DNA from: an uncultured Candidatus Binatia bacterium
Lineage (GTDB): Bacteria > Desulfobacterota > Binatia > UBA9968 > CAXXLF01
Direction: 5' to 3'
DNA: 64,000 bases
NCBI GenBank assembly: GCA_965218425.1
Contig: OZ244621.1
Span: 4,186,613 to 4,250,612, forward strand
The stretch's first letter is position 1; every line of letters starts with the position of its first letter. Below, piece by piece: positions 63,358 to 64,000 of this stretch. The notes below the pieces were generated by a model. That model saw nothing but the letters and a program-made list of their open reading frames with translations. It was not told the DNA's origin and ran no database searches. The position numbers were made by a program, and so were the translations under genes.

Positions 63358-64000
63358 TCAGTCCAGCGAATATTTCTTTTCTGCCTCGTAGTAGGCGGGG
63401 AACCCGACGACATCGCGCAGATGGGCGAACCCGGCGATGTCATTGGGATGCTTGCCGTGCTTGATGGCGGCGAGGGCATGTTCCATTGCGTTGATCGCCG
63501 CGAGTATCAGTGTGAGCGGATAAACAACGATCTTGTACCCGATCTCTTCGAGTCGCCCGGCTGAAAGAACCGGCGTGCTCCCCTGCTCCACCATATTCGC
63601 CAACTTCGGTCCAGGCACGCTTTCGCAGTAAGCGCGCATCTCCTCCTCGTTCCGGGGTGCCTCAACAAAGCTAATGTCCGCGCCGATCTCCATGAACGTC
63701 CTGGCGCGCGGAATGGCCTCCTCAAAACCCTCCGTTCCATTGGCGTCCGTACGCGCCATAATAAGGATGTTGGCGCTCTCGGTGCGTGCATCCAACGCGG
63801 CTTGCACTCGGGCGAACGCCTCCTTGCGGCTGACCGTTTGCTTGCCGCTTGTATGGCCGCAACGCTTCGGCGTCACTTGGTCCTCGATCATGATACAGGC
63901 GAAGCCGGCGTCCGCATAACCGCGCACCGTGCGCTTTACATTGAGGGCATTGCCGTAACCAGTATCGCCGTCACCGAACACCGGCACCGTTACGGAACTG
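63358..64000 (-). CDS. Isocitrate lyase / PEP mutase-family enzyme (methylisocitrate lyase / carboxyvinyl-carboxyphosphonate phosphorylmutase-like), 5' end beyond window
   Basis: VPVFGDGDTGYGN, IMIEDQVTPKRCGH, ILIMARTDA. The frame is open to the window edge. Confidence 0.8.
   Translation of the reverse strand, partial: SSVTVPVFGDGDTGYGNALNVKRTVRGYADAGFACIMIEDQVTPKRCGHTSGKQTVSRKEAFARVQAALDARTESANILIMARTDANGTEGFEEAIPRARTFMEIGADISFVEAPRNEEEMRAYCESVPGPKLANMVEQGSTPVLSAGRLEEIGYKIVVYPLTLILAAINAMEHALAAIKHGKHPNDIAGFAHLRDVVGFPAYYEAEKKYSLD

Overview
This is a moderate-GC bacterial chromosomal window; the lineage cannot be assigned by eye. It is a dense, paralog-rich catabolism and uptake supercluster, not a recognisable defence or secondary-metabolite island.

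**Gene content**
- 8 amidohydrolase-2 (ACMSD/LigW-type) genes: 7 intact, 1 pseudogene.
- 5 paralogous ABC solute-binding proteins (4 intact, 1 frameshifted) plus 1 remnant.
- 2 two-domain ABC permeases plus 1 remnant, and 1 orphan ABC ATPase.
- 3 TctC/Bug-type binding proteins and 2 TctA-TctB pairs; one TctA carries an in-frame stop.
- 2 ornithine-cyclodeaminase (OCD)-family genes, SDR/MDR/epimerase-type dehydrogenases and 2 cupins.
- A UbiD-type decarboxylase, a Rieske oxygenase, and LLM and FAD oxidoreductases.
- 2 XDH/CODH-family molybdopterin large subunits next to a deletion-fused coxM/coxS remnant.
- A split ComD/ComE-like TPP decarboxylase, a GH63-like hydrolase, an MFS transporter, a BacNav-type voltage-gated channel, RNase D and a PEP-mutase/isocitrate-lyase-family gene.
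- Two apparently intact IS elements: one rve-type with ~55-bp bipartite inverted repeats, and one IS3-family element with an A6G frameshift site and a GGT target duplication.

**Not found:** rRNA, tRNA, CRISPR arrays, prophage, known defence genes, or any intact transcription factor. I cannot point to a clearly novel protein-coding system.

**Most worth a second look**
1. A family of strand-polarised, pyrimidine-rich mosaic intergenic repeats built from a shared word vocabulary.
2. Near-identical promoter modules duplicated in front of different catabolic operons.
3. A recurrent OCD-family + amidohydrolase-2 + SDR/epimerase operon architecture, one copy followed by the BacNav gene.
4. A high density of recently decayed paralogs.

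All family calls come from motif and sequence recognition by eye; no database search was possible.
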